A stretch of DNA of 64,000 bases, taken from the IMG/VR virus record IMGVR_UViG_3300049135_000064, one strand, 5' to 3'. Origin of the DNA: an uncultured virus (IMG/VR IMGVR_UViG_3300049135_000064) (Duplodnaviria; Heunggongvirae; Uroviricota; Caudoviricetes). This document shows, piece by piece, positions 37,124-45,788 of this stretch. Both the position numbers and the translations under genes were made by a program. Every line of letters starts with the position of its first letter. Position 1 is the first letter of the stretch. The notes beneath the pieces were generated by a model. It saw only the letters and a program-made list of their open reading frames with translations. It ran no database searches and was not told the DNA's origin.

Positions 37124-37530
37124 TGGACTACAAGGACTGGGAGCACGTCGACGAGTTCTCGCTCACCCGGGAACAGTGGGACGCGTGGATGACGCCGATC
37201 CCCACCTTCACGGTGCGCGGGTCCTTCATCTCGCTGGTGCTGTACGTGATCGGCTCGCTCACCTCGCTCTGGGGGGTGCGCAACTTCATCTACCCGGTGG
37301 AGCCAGCGTTCCTGGCCATCATGCTGCTGCTGCTGGCGGCGCAGATCGCGGGCACGCTCAAGGCCTACACCGCGTGGAAGGTGGCCAAGATCCGGGCTGC
37401 CACCCCGAAGCTGCCGTGGTGGCTGGAGCACCACTTCCTGGGCATCCGCTGCGCGGAGTACGCGCGGCGGGACAAACTGCGCCAATCCCGGCTACGCGCT
37501 ATCCGGAATGTCTTCCGCCCCGTACGGTAG
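37120..37530 (+). CDS. Membrane protein
   Basis: Two TM helices; ATGA overlap. Confidence 0.6.
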   Translation: MMDYKDWEHVDEFSLTREQWDAWMTPIPTFTVRGSFISLVLYVIGSLTSLWGVRNFIYPVEPAFLAIMLLLLAAQIAGTLKAYTAWKVAKIRAATPKLPWWLEHHFLGIRCAEYARRDKLRQSRLRAIRNVFRPVR

Positions 37531-37784
37531 GGAACTGCTACCATCCATGTAGGCCCGGTGCCTTTCCTCGGATACCCGGGGGTCGCCCAAGACACGACGG
37601 CACCGGGCCTGCACACATAAGAGGCCCCCACCTCCGGAAGTCCTGATGTCCCTCCCGGGCACATTTGGTCCAAGTCAGCCGGACGGTGGGGGCCTTTTTG
37701 CTGCCCGAAAACGGGCGTCTCAGTTTCCTCAAAGTGGAACAGCTTCCGGACCACTTCCGGATGTACATACATCCCGGCGGATTC

Positions 37785-37849
37785 CGTATCAAAACTGTCT
37801 TCAAAAGAGCGTGTCTAAACACGGGTACGGAACGGACTTTTGGTACGCT
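37785..37849 (+). promoter_or_regulatory. Putative res/recombinase-binding region and leaderless promoter
   Basis: CGTATCAAAA...TTTTGGTACG inverted repeat; TACGCT 6 bp before the ATG; no RBS. Confidence 0.45.
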
Positions 37850-37855
37850 CGGCGC

Positions 37856-38449
37856 ATGGACATCGGATACGCGCGGGTATCGACCGCACAACAGGACCTC
37901 GCCCGCCAGCTCGATGCGCTGCAGGGTCACGGCATCGACCCGAAACACATCTACATCGACAAGAAGTCCGGAGCCACCACGAAGCGCGAAGGTCTGCAGA
38001 AGGCGCTGGACTTCGCCCGGGAGGGCGACGTCATCGTGGTCTACACGCTGGACCGGCTCGGCCGCACGGTGCGGGACACGCTGAACATGATCCACGACCT
38101 GCAGGAGCGCGGCATCGGGGTGCGGACCCTGGCCGATCCGATCAAGGTCGACTCCACCAACCGGGACGATCCGATGGCGCAGCTGGGCGTGGTGCTGCTG
38201 GCGATGTTCGCGCAGATGGAGCGCACCTACACGATGGAGCGGGCCGCGCACGCCCGGGCGGTCGCGCTGAAAGAGGGACGGCAGATCGGCCGGCCGTCGG
38301 TGCTGGACGAGAAGAAGCTGCGCGACGCCAAGGCTCTGCGGGAGAAGGGGGTGGCGCTGGCCGACATCGCCCGGCACCTCGGCGTCTCCCGGGCCACGCT
38401 GTACCGGCACCTGCCGCCGCTTCCGCCGGAATCCGTCACGGTAGATTAG
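37856..38449 (+). CDS. Small serine recombinase (resolvase/invertase family)
   Basis: GYARVST..QDL.RQ...SG...REGL...GDVIVV..LDRLGR; C-terminal GRP...GVSRATLYR HTH; 197 aa. Confidence 0.95.
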   Translation: MDIGYARVSTAQQDLARQLDALQGHGIDPKHIYIDKKSGATTKREGLQKALDFAREGDVIVVYTLDRLGRTVRDTLNMIHDLQERGIGVRTLADPIKVDSTNRDDPMAQLGVVLLAMFAQMERTYTMERAAHARAVALKEGRQIGRPSVLDEKKLRDAKALREKGVALADIARHLGVSRATLYRHLPPLPPESVTVD

Positions 38450-38551
38450 GAGGGTGCGGGGCCGGTCCGGCAAACCGGACAGGCTCAATAAGGAGTGGAC
38501 ATTGCGAACCACATCCTGGACGTACCGTGCCCCGCACACCCAAGTCGAGGA

Positions 38552-38580
38552 TTGACGTAGACGCAAATCGGGTCCATCCT
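38552..38580 (+). promoter_or_regulatory. SigA-type leaderless promoter
   Basis: TTGACG-17 bp-CATCCT, 6 bp before the ATG at 38587. Confidence 0.5.
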
Positions 38581-38586
38581 GTCGGC

Positions 38587-39099
38587 ATGAAACGGACACT
38601 GTCCGTCGCCGCCGCGCTGGCGCTGGCCGCATCCCTGCTGGGAGCCGCCCCGACCTCCGACGACCCGGATCCCCAAGGACCGCCCTGCTGCAAGAACGGC
38701 ACGGTCACCCGCGTAGAGAACGTCCGCAAGTACCGCAAGGTCGTGGACTACTCCCAGGAACTCGCCCGCTGCCACTGGCGCACCAAGGGCGGAACCTGCT
38801 CCATCTCCCAGACGACATCGGCCGACACCACGGTGCAGGTCGGCGGCGGACTCACGGTGAAGATGGTCAGCGTGCAGCTGGGCATCAGCTCCACCAAGTC
38901 GGTCAGCATCTCGGTGCAGTGCGACTCCCCGCCGCTGCGGCGCGGGCAGTACCTCGTCGCGTTCCCGATCGGCACGCGCTACGTCTACAGCATCACGAAG
39001 CAGGACGCGATGGGCCTGTTCCCCAAGCAGACCGTCAAGAAGAACGCGCGCGCGTTCCGCCCGGACAGGAACGCGTTCTCATGCGGCGTGCGTGGCTGA
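38587..39099 (+). CDS. Secreted Cys-containing beta-rich protein
   Basis: MKRTLSVAAALALAASLLGA signal peptide; six Cys. Confidence 0.7.
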   Translation: MKRTLSVAAALALAASLLGAAPTSDDPDPQGPPCCKNGTVTRVENVRKYRKVVDYSQELARCHWRTKGGTCSISQTTSADTTVQVGGGLTVKMVSVQLGISSTKSVSISVQCDSPPLRRGQYLVAFPIGTRYVYSITKQDAMGLFPKQTVKKNARAFRPDRNAFSCGVRG

Positions 39100-39410
39100 T
39101 CCTCCTCATGCTGGCGGCGGGCGGGTGTTCGGCACCTGCCCCGGTGGAAGCGACCCCGCCCCCCGTCAATGTCCCGCTCTCCCAGCTCGGCGAGGGCGTC
39201 TTCCACATCCAGGACCTCTCCCCCGACATCACCGGCGAATCCGCCACGTTCGACAACACCAAGGACGAAAGGCTGTACATGGTGCTGGTCAACTGCCGGG
39301 GTGTCAACCAGAACGGGGTCGGTGTCCTGCCGTTCTCGAGCCTCACCTCCGACATCCTCGATAAAGCACAGGCCAGACAGTACGACTCGCTGGTTCCCGA
39401 CTGCTCATAG
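39081..39410 (+). CDS. Lipoprotein
   Basis: MRRAWLILLMLAAGGC lipobox-like N-terminus. Confidence 0.6.
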   Translation: MRRAWLILLMLAAGGCSAPAPVEATPPPVNVPLSQLGEGVFHIQDLSPDITGESATFDNTKDERLYMVLVNCRGVNQNGVGVLPFSSLTSDILDKAQARQYDSLVPDCS

Positions 39411-39476
39411 TCGACACCTTCCGCACTATCGTCGATAACGTCCCTTACACTGTCGATAGGACAGTGGAAGGGGTGG

Positions 39477-40910
39477 ATGCCTGTGGCGAAGTCGGAGGAC
39501 ATCGACCTCGACGACATCTCCAAGTGGGATGAAAAGTCCAAGGCCAAGGTGCTGGCCGCGCTGGAGGCGGAGAAAAAGACCAAGAAGGCTTGGTACTGCA
39601 AGCGCGGCCGGATGTGCGACGGCCTCCCCCACGAGGGCTACGACTACAAGCACGCACGCGGCGACCAGTGGCCGCCGCCCGGCACCGACTGGTTCGTCTG
39701 GCTGATCATCTCCGGGCGCGGCTCCGGCAAGACCCGGACCGGCGCGGAGTTCCTGCGCAAGATGTCCGAGCACGTCGGGCGCATGGCGATGGTCGGACGG
39801 CGCGGCCCCGACGTCCGCGGAACCATGGTCGAGGGCGAGTCCGGGCTGATCTACGTCTGCGAACGCGCCGGGATCGACTACGACTGGCAGCCCTCCAAAA
39901 AGGAGTTCCGCTTCGGCAACGGCGCACTGGTCACGGGCTACTCCGCCGAGGAACCGGACACGCTCCGCGGCCCGCAGCAGGGCGTTGCCTGGCTGGACGA
40001 ACCGGCGCACATGCCGCTGATCGAGTACGTCTGGGACAACCTCCTCATGGGCCTCCGGGTCGACGGCGTCCCGGGCGGCGCGAAGGCGCTGTGCACCTCC
40101 ACCCCGCTGCCGACGAAGTGGCTCAAGGATCTGCGCGACAAGGAATCCACGGTCACGGTCTCGGTCCCCACCCACGTGAACCTGCACAACCTTGACCCCC
40201 AGTTCCGGCAGAACATCATCGACAAATACGAGGGCACCCGCATCGGGCGGCAGGAGCTGTACGGCGAAATCCTGGAGGACGTCGAGGGCGCGCTGTGGAA
40301 CATGGACCTGATCGAGCCCTACCGCGACTTCGAGGCGCTGCCCGAGCACATGGACCGGATCGTCATCGGCATCGACCCGGCGGGCACCAGCTCCAAGAAG
40401 CGCGACGAGACGGGCATCGTCGTCGTCGGCCGGCGCGGCAATGCGCTCTACGTGCTCGACGATGTCTCCGGGCACTTCACGCCGAACGGCTGGGCCGAGG
40501 CGGCGTGGAAGGCCTACGACCAGTACCACGCCGACAAGATCGTCGCGGAGAAGAACTACGGCGGCGAGATGGTGCTCTCGACGCTGCGCAACTACCGCGA
40601 CAAGCAGAAGGGTTTCGTCGACGCCGAGCCCATCCTGGTCCATTCCCGGCGCGGCAAGGTCCTCCGCGCTGAACCCATCGTCGGGCTGTACGAGCAGAAG
40701 CGGGTGCACCACGTAAAGGTGCTGGAGGACCTTGAATCCCAGATGGTCGGCTGGGTACCGGATGCTTCCGACTCACCCGACCGCGTTGACGCGCTGGTCC
40801 ACGGCCTTACCGAACTGGGTGGCATAGCACACCGGGTCGAAATAGCGGCTCCCACTGCCACTAACATCCACGGAAACAGCACAATCCCTGCTTTCTTGCG
40901 AGCCAGCTAG
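39477..40910 (+). CDS. terL: Terminase large subunit
   Basis: GRGSGKT Walker A; AWLDE Walker B; IGIDPA; SPDRVDA nuclease motif. Confidence 0.95.
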   Translation: MPVAKSEDIDLDDISKWDEKSKAKVLAALEAEKKTKKAWYCKRGRMCDGLPHEGYDYKHARGDQWPPPGTDWFVWLIISGRGSGKTRTGAEFLRKMSEHVGRMAMVGRRGPDVRGTMVEGESGLIYVCERAGIDYDWQPSKKEFRFGNGALVTGYSAEEPDTLRGPQQGVAWLDEPAHMPLIEYVWDNLLMGLRVDGVPGGAKALCTSTPLPTKWLKDLRDKESTVTVSVPTHVNLHNLDPQFRQNIIDKYEGTRIGRQELYGEILEDVEGALWNMDLIEPYRDFEALPEHMDRIVIGIDPAGTSSKKRDETGIVVVGRRGNALYVLDDVSGHFTPNGWAEAAWKAYDQYHADKIVAEKNYGGEMVLSTLRNYRDKQKGFVDAEPILVHSRRGKVLRAEPIVGLYEQKRVHHVKVLEDLESQMVGWVPDASDSPDRVDALVHGLTELGGIAHRVEIAAPTATNIHGNSTIPAFLRAS

Positions 40911-40935
40911 CACAATTGCAGGTAATCTCGATTAC

Positions 40936-41247
40936 ATGGTTGAGATTCTTGTGGTAATTGGGGCTGTCGTAGTCGGCGTAATGTCGGCAGCGCGGCTGAC
41001 CCGCCTCCTTACCCAAGATAGCTTCCCGCCCGTCGTATGGTTCCGCATGAAGTGGGACGACAGAACCGACGGTAGCGGATGGAACATCCTGTTCCACTGC
41101 CACTGGTGCCTCAGTCTCTGGGTTACTCTCCCCATCCTGCTGTGGGGCATGCTGTCCGGTCTGGACATGTGGTGGTGGATCTTCAACGGCTGGCTTGCTG
41201 CAGGGTATGCCGCCGCGATGATCGTAGAACGCGACGAGGTGGAGTAG
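40936..41247 (+). CDS. Membrane protein (DUF1360-like)
   Basis: ARLTRLLT.D...CHWCLSLW. Confidence 0.7.
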   Translation: MVEILVVIGAVVVGVMSAARLTRLLTQDSFPPVVWFRMKWDDRTDGSGWNILFHCHWCLSLWVTLPILLWGMLSGLDMWWWIFNGWLAAGYAAAMIVERDEVE

Positions 41248-41250
41248 ACC

Positions 41251-43119
41251 ATGGGGCGCACCCGCAGGGTAGAAGGACCAAACTCTCTGGTGGCATCCGC
41301 CGCCCGGGTACGCAGCGGCAAGGACCTCCACAACTTTTCACGGATGTCGTCATCCTCCGGCTGGCAGGATCAGGCGTGGAGGATGTACCACGCGGTCGGC
41401 GAGTTCCGGTTCAGCTGCGACTGGGTCGGCAACATGCTCTCCAAGGCGCTGCTGCACGCCACCTTCGAGACGATGGGCGAGGGCACCGAGGCGCTCAAGA
41501 CCGGGCCCGCCGCCGAATGGGTCGACCAGCTGGGCGGGGACTCCGACGGCAGGGCCGAAATGCTGCGCCTGATCGGTGTCCACCTCACGGTCGCCGGTGA
41601 GTGCTGGGTCGTGGGCTGGACCGCCAAGGACGACTACGGCGTGGAGGTCGACCACTGGGAGGTTGCCGCCGCCGGGGCGCTCAAGAAGGCCGTCGGCGAC
41701 GACGGGACATGGACCCTGCACAACGAGGAAATCCCGGTCGACCCGGACGACGTGCTCGCGGTCCGCATCTGGAAGCCGGACCCCAAGGACCCGAAGAAGG
41801 CGATGTCACCGGCCCGCGCCGTGCTCTCCATTCTCGGCGAAATCGTCCGGCTCACCGACCACGTCGCCGCGCAGGTCGACTCCCGTCTCGCCGGGGCGGG
41901 CATCCTGCTCATGCCGTCGGAGATGACGCTCCCGGCCCCGGTCGAGGGCGAGGCCAAGGAAGGCGAACCGGCCCCGGTCGCCCGCTCCGCCAACGGTGCC
42001 GAAGACCTGATGAAGATCATCCAGGAAACGATGGCCACCGCCATCGAGGACCGGTCCAACGCGTCCGCGCTGGTGCCCATCGTGATCACGGCCCCCGCCG
42101 AATCCATCCAGGCCGTCAAGCACATGACGTTCTGGACCGAGCTGGACGCGCACGCGATCGAGCTGCGCAACGAGGCCATCCGCCGGCTGGCGCTCGGACT
42201 GGACATGCCGCCGGAGGTGCTGCAGGGCATCAGCGAGGCCAACCACTGGTCCGCGTGGCAGGCCGACGAATCCGCGATCAAGTCGCACACCGAGCCGCTG
42301 CTCAAGATCGTCACGTCCGCGCTGGCCGAGGGCTACCTCCGGCCGCTGCTGTACGAGGACGACACCATCCCCGTCGAGGACATCCCGCGCTACTCCATCA
42401 AGGCCGACACCTCCGAGATGCGGGTCCGCCCCAACCGGTCCAAGGAGGCGCTGGAGCTGTTCGACCGCGGCGTGCTCAACGAGGCCGCGCTGCGCCGCGA
42501 GACCGGGTTCGACGAGGAGGACGCCATGAGCGAGGACGATCGCGCCCTGTTCTTCCTCCGCAAGGTCGCCGCCGGATCCACCACGCCGGAACTGGTGGAG
42601 GCCGCGCTGCGCGCCCTCAAGGTTCCGCTCGGCACCGTCACCCCCGCAAACCCGGCGGCACCGGAGACGCAGGAGGGACGCCCGGTGCCGTCGCTGGTCG
42701 ATCATCCGTCCCGCGACATCCCCGACCAGGAACGCGGCCAGCGCCGCAAGGACGCCCGCGAACGCGGCGACGTGCCCAGCGCAGCCGCCCTCACCGCCGC
42801 CTGTGAACAGGTCGTCATCCGCGCGATGGAGCGGGCCGGGAACAAGCTCAAGAACCGGATGCAGGCGAGGCCCACCGTCGCCGCGGCCGAACTCTACCGG
42901 GTGGTACCGACAAATCCGGGCGACTACGCCCGGCTGCTCGACGATGCCTGGACGCAGGTGCCGCTGATCGCCAAGCGGCACAACGTCGACATCGCCGCGC
43001 TGCAGCGCAACCTCGACGCCTACTGCCGGATGCTGCTGAGCACCCGCGAGGCCCACTCCTATGAACGCTTCGACGAGTACCTGACCTTTGGGATCTTCCA
43101 GATGGAGGCAACAGCATGA
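41251..43119 (+). CDS. Portal protein
   Basis: Position after TerL; WQDQAW...GE...RRLALGLDMPPEVL.G...NHWSAW. Confidence 0.88.
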   Translation: MGRTRRVEGPNSLVASAARVRSGKDLHNFSRMSSSSGWQDQAWRMYHAVGEFRFSCDWVGNMLSKALLHATFETMGEGTEALKTGPAAEWVDQLGGDSDGRAEMLRLIGVHLTVAGECWVVGWTAKDDYGVEVDHWEVAAAGALKKAVGDDGTWTLHNEEIPVDPDDVLAVRIWKPDPKDPKKAMSPARAVLSILGEIVRLTDHVAAQVDSRLAGAGILLMPSEMTLPAPVEGEAKEGEPAPVARSANGAEDLMKIIQETMATAIEDRSNASALVPIVITAPAESIQAVKHMTFWTELDAHAIELRNEAIRRLALGLDMPPEVLQGISEANHWSAWQADESAIKSHTEPLLKIVTSALAEGYLRPLLYEDDTIPVEDIPRYSIKADTSEMRVRPNRSKEALELFDRGVLNEAALRRETGFDEEDAMSEDDRALFFLRKVAAGSTTPELVEAALRALKVPLGTVTPANPAAPETQEGRPVPSLVDHPSRDIPDQERGQRRKDARERGDVPSAAALTAACEQVVIRAMERAGNKLKNRMQARPTVAAAELYRVVPTNPGDYARLLDDAWTQVPLIAKRHNVDIAALQRNLDAYCRMLLSTREAHSYERFDEYLTFGIFQMEATA

Positions 43120-45509
43120 TCCGCACCGAACGGCTCGCAGCCGCCACCGACGAGTTCGCCGCCGAGCGAAAGTCCATCCTTGAACGCACAGAGGAGCGCA
43201 TCCGCGACGCCGTCCGCGCCTCCCTGATCCGCATCGGGCTCTCCGGCTGGACCGAGAACGCGGTGGAGGCCGCGGTGGACGTGTTCGAGGAGACCGCCTC
43301 GTACGAATCCGACGAGTGGGGGCCGGTGCTCGATGACATGCGCGCCGAGTTCAACCGCGAAATCACCGCCGCGCTGGAGAAGACCAAGCCCGTCTCCGCC
43401 GAGGACCGCGAGGGCCAGCTGAACACCATCACGCGCTGGCTCTCCGTCGCCGCCGTGAACGCCGGGACCGAGGCCGCCGCGACCGCCGACACCGACGAGG
43501 CCGTCGGGCTGGAGTGGATCACGATGGGCGACACGCATGTGCGCTCCCTGCATGCCGACGCCAACGGGCAGACCGTCCCCTCCGGCATGCCGTTCACCGT
43601 CGGCGAGGTGGAGCTGCTGTACCCGGGCCAGCCGGTCGGCTCCCCCGAGCACTGGATCAACTGCCGCTGCGTTGCCCGGCCCACGTCGCTGACCGAGCTT
43701 GCCGTCCGCAACGTTTCGATGGGCACCATCGACGCCTCCAAGATCACGCCGCACACGCTCATCGCCGCCGGACCCGGACCCCGCCCCGAAGGGGAGGAGC
43801 CGGATGTAGATACATCCGAACCGGTCCCCGAGGAGGTCACCGACGAACCGGCGCTGGAGGACATCGAGTCGCTGGAGGAGAACGCCTACCCGGAGGTGCC
43901 CTGGCACGGGGTGCTGGCCCCGGAGGGCAAGCCGTCCGGCGACGGGCGGATGTTCGCGCCCAACTCGCTGACCCACCGCCCGCTGCCGATCACGCTCAAG
44001 TACATGTGGGAGGACGACGAGGGCCACACCGGTTCCTACCCGGTCGCCCGCATCGACCGGATCGTCCGCCGCAACGGCATGGTCATGGGCGAGGGTGTGT
44101 TCGACACCTCCCCCGCCGCCTACGAAGCGGTGCGCGTCGTCGCCAACGGCATCATGAACGGCGTCTCCGTCGACGTCGACGCCGCCGTTGCCGCCATGAG
44201 CGAGGACGACGCGGAGGCCATCGAGTTCACCAGCGCCAGGATTTCCGCCGCCACCATCTGCGCGATCCCCGCGTTCGCCGAGGCGTTCATCGCGCTGGGC
44301 CCGCTGCCCGAGGAGGACGCCGACGCCGAGGAGGTCCCTGAGGAGGCCGAGGTGCCCGAGGAAGCGGTGCCGGCCGACACCGAGGAGGAGCCGGAGGCCC
44401 CGGCGGAGGACGAGGAGGAGAAGCCGTTCCCGCCGAAGAAGCTCGCCTCCGACACCGAGGACTTCGACATCCCGCCCCGGAAGACCAAGGACGGCCCGGG
44501 CTGGATCACCGACCCGAAGCCGACGAAGCAGATCACCGGCTACTGGGTCGACGGTCCCGGCGCGGCCAAGATCAGCTGGGGGGCACCGGGCGATTTCAAC
44601 AGGTGCAGGACTCAGCTGGTCAAGTACGTGCAGAATCCCGACTGGCTGGCCGGGCTGTGCGCCAACCTCCACTACCGCGCGCTCGGCGCATGGCCGGGGC
44701 AGGCATCCGGAAGGACAGAGGAAATCGACATGACGCAGAACATCACCGCATCGGTCACGCTGGCTGAGGCCGAAACCAAGGTCCTGCCAGCGGACTGGTT
44801 CAAGGACCCGCAGCTGCCGTTCGCCACCCCGCTGACCATCACGAACGAGGGCCGGATCTTCGGGCACATCGCGGACTGGTCCACCTGCCACATCTCGGTC
44901 GGCTCCAACCCGAACGAGTGCGTGCTGGCCCCGCGCTCGAACACCGACTACGCCTACTTCCTCACCGGGGAGGTCGACACCAACCAGGGCCCGGTGCCGG
45001 TCGGGCAGATCACCATGGGCGGCGGGCACGCCGACCTGCGCTCCGGGGTGCGCGCGGCGATCGCGCACTACGACTCGACCTCCACCGCCGTCGCGGACGT
45101 CACGGTCGGCGAGGACGAGCACGGCATCTGGTTCGCCGGGGCGCTGCGCGAGGGGCTGACTTCCAAGCAGCTGCGCGAGCTGAAGGCTGCCAGCCTCTCC
45201 GGCGACTGGCGCGGGGTGCGCAAGACCAGCGGCGGGGTGCAGCGCGAGCTGGTCGCGGCGCTGGCGGTCAACGTGCCCGGCTTCCCGATCCCCCGCCCGT
45301 CGTTCTCCACGTCCGGCACCGAGGTCATGGCGCTGGTCGCCGCCGGTATCCCCAAGCGGGAGGCCGACATCGACGACACCACCATCGACGCGCTGGTCGA
45401 GGCCGCGCTGGTCCGGCGCGAACGCCGTGCAAGGCTCGAGAAGGCTCAGGCCACCATTCGCAAGGCGCGTCTCATGCGCGCTAAGACCCTCATCAACAAC
45501 TACAAGTAG
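43116..45509 (+). CDS. MuF-like / capsid maturation protease fusion
   Basis: W..MGD.HVR..H...GQ...PF...YPG...INCRC (MuF); PEG.PSGDGR; GHIA.W..CH; GED.HGIWFAG; LSGDWR. Confidence 0.85.
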   Translation: MIRTERLAAATDEFAAERKSILERTEERIRDAVRASLIRIGLSGWTENAVEAAVDVFEETASYESDEWGPVLDDMRAEFNREITAALEKTKPVSAEDREGQLNTITRWLSVAAVNAGTEAAATADTDEAVGLEWITMGDTHVRSLHADANGQTVPSGMPFTVGEVELLYPGQPVGSPEHWINCRCVARPTSLTELAVRNVSMGTIDASKITPHTLIAAGPGPRPEGEEPDVDTSEPVPEEVTDEPALEDIESLEENAYPEVPWHGVLAPEGKPSGDGRMFAPNSLTHRPLPITLKYMWEDDEGHTGSYPVARIDRIVRRNGMVMGEGVFDTSPAAYEAVRVVANGIMNGVSVDVDAAVAAMSEDDAEAIEFTSARISAATICAIPAFAEAFIALGPLPEEDADAEEVPEEAEVPEEAVPADTEEEPEAPAEDEEEKPFPPKKLASDTEDFDIPPRKTKDGPGWITDPKPTKQITGYWVDGPGAAKISWGAPGDFNRCRTQLVKYVQNPDWLAGLCANLHYRALGAWPGQASGRTEEIDMTQNITASVTLAEAETKVLPADWFKDPQLPFATPLTITNEGRIFGHIADWSTCHISVGSNPNECVLAPRSNTDYAYFLTGEVDTNQGPVPVGQITMGGGHADLRSGVRAAIAHYDSTSTAVADVTVGEDEHGIWFAGALREGLTSKQLRELKAASLSGDWRGVRKTSGGVQRELVAALAVNVPGFPIPRPSFSTSGTEVMALVAAGIPKREADIDDTTIDALVEAALVRRERRARLEKAQATIRKARLMRAKTLINNYK

Positions 45510-45518
45510 GAGAGAATC

Positions 45519-45662
45519 ATGGCTTGTGGCGCATGCGGTTCGAGCAAGAGCAAAACCACATATCTGCACACCGCTAAAGACGGCACTAAGACCACCTATG
45601 CCACGGAAATTGAAGCCCGTGCAGCGGTTGCTCGTCGCGGTGGGTCGTATAAAGCACAGTAA
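45519..45662 (+). CDS. Small Cys-containing head-region protein
   Basis: MACGACG...EARAAVARRGG; AGGAG RBS; below the ORF-track cutoff. Confidence 0.65.
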   Translation: MACGACGSSKSKTTYLHTAKDGTKTTYATEIEARAAVARRGGSYKAQ

Positions 45663-45788
45663 ATCCCTGACAGGCTCACACTTATCGTCTATAGTGTGAG
45701 CCAGAAGGGCACTCTCCTGGCCGTAGGCCGTGTGTCGATATTTAGTTATCCCCCACACACCCCTACGATCCTCTTTAGGAGAGTTCCA

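Noticed and set aside
37640..37712. Hammerhead ribozyme (CTGATG...GAAA)
   Set aside because: The core reads CTGATGT rather than CUGANGA, and the stems do not fit the topology.
37856..38449. Phage integrase implying lysogeny
   Set aside because: 197 aa with a simple HTH; it lacks the recombinase and zinc-ribbon domains of large serine integrases, and no attP or flanking host DNA is visible.
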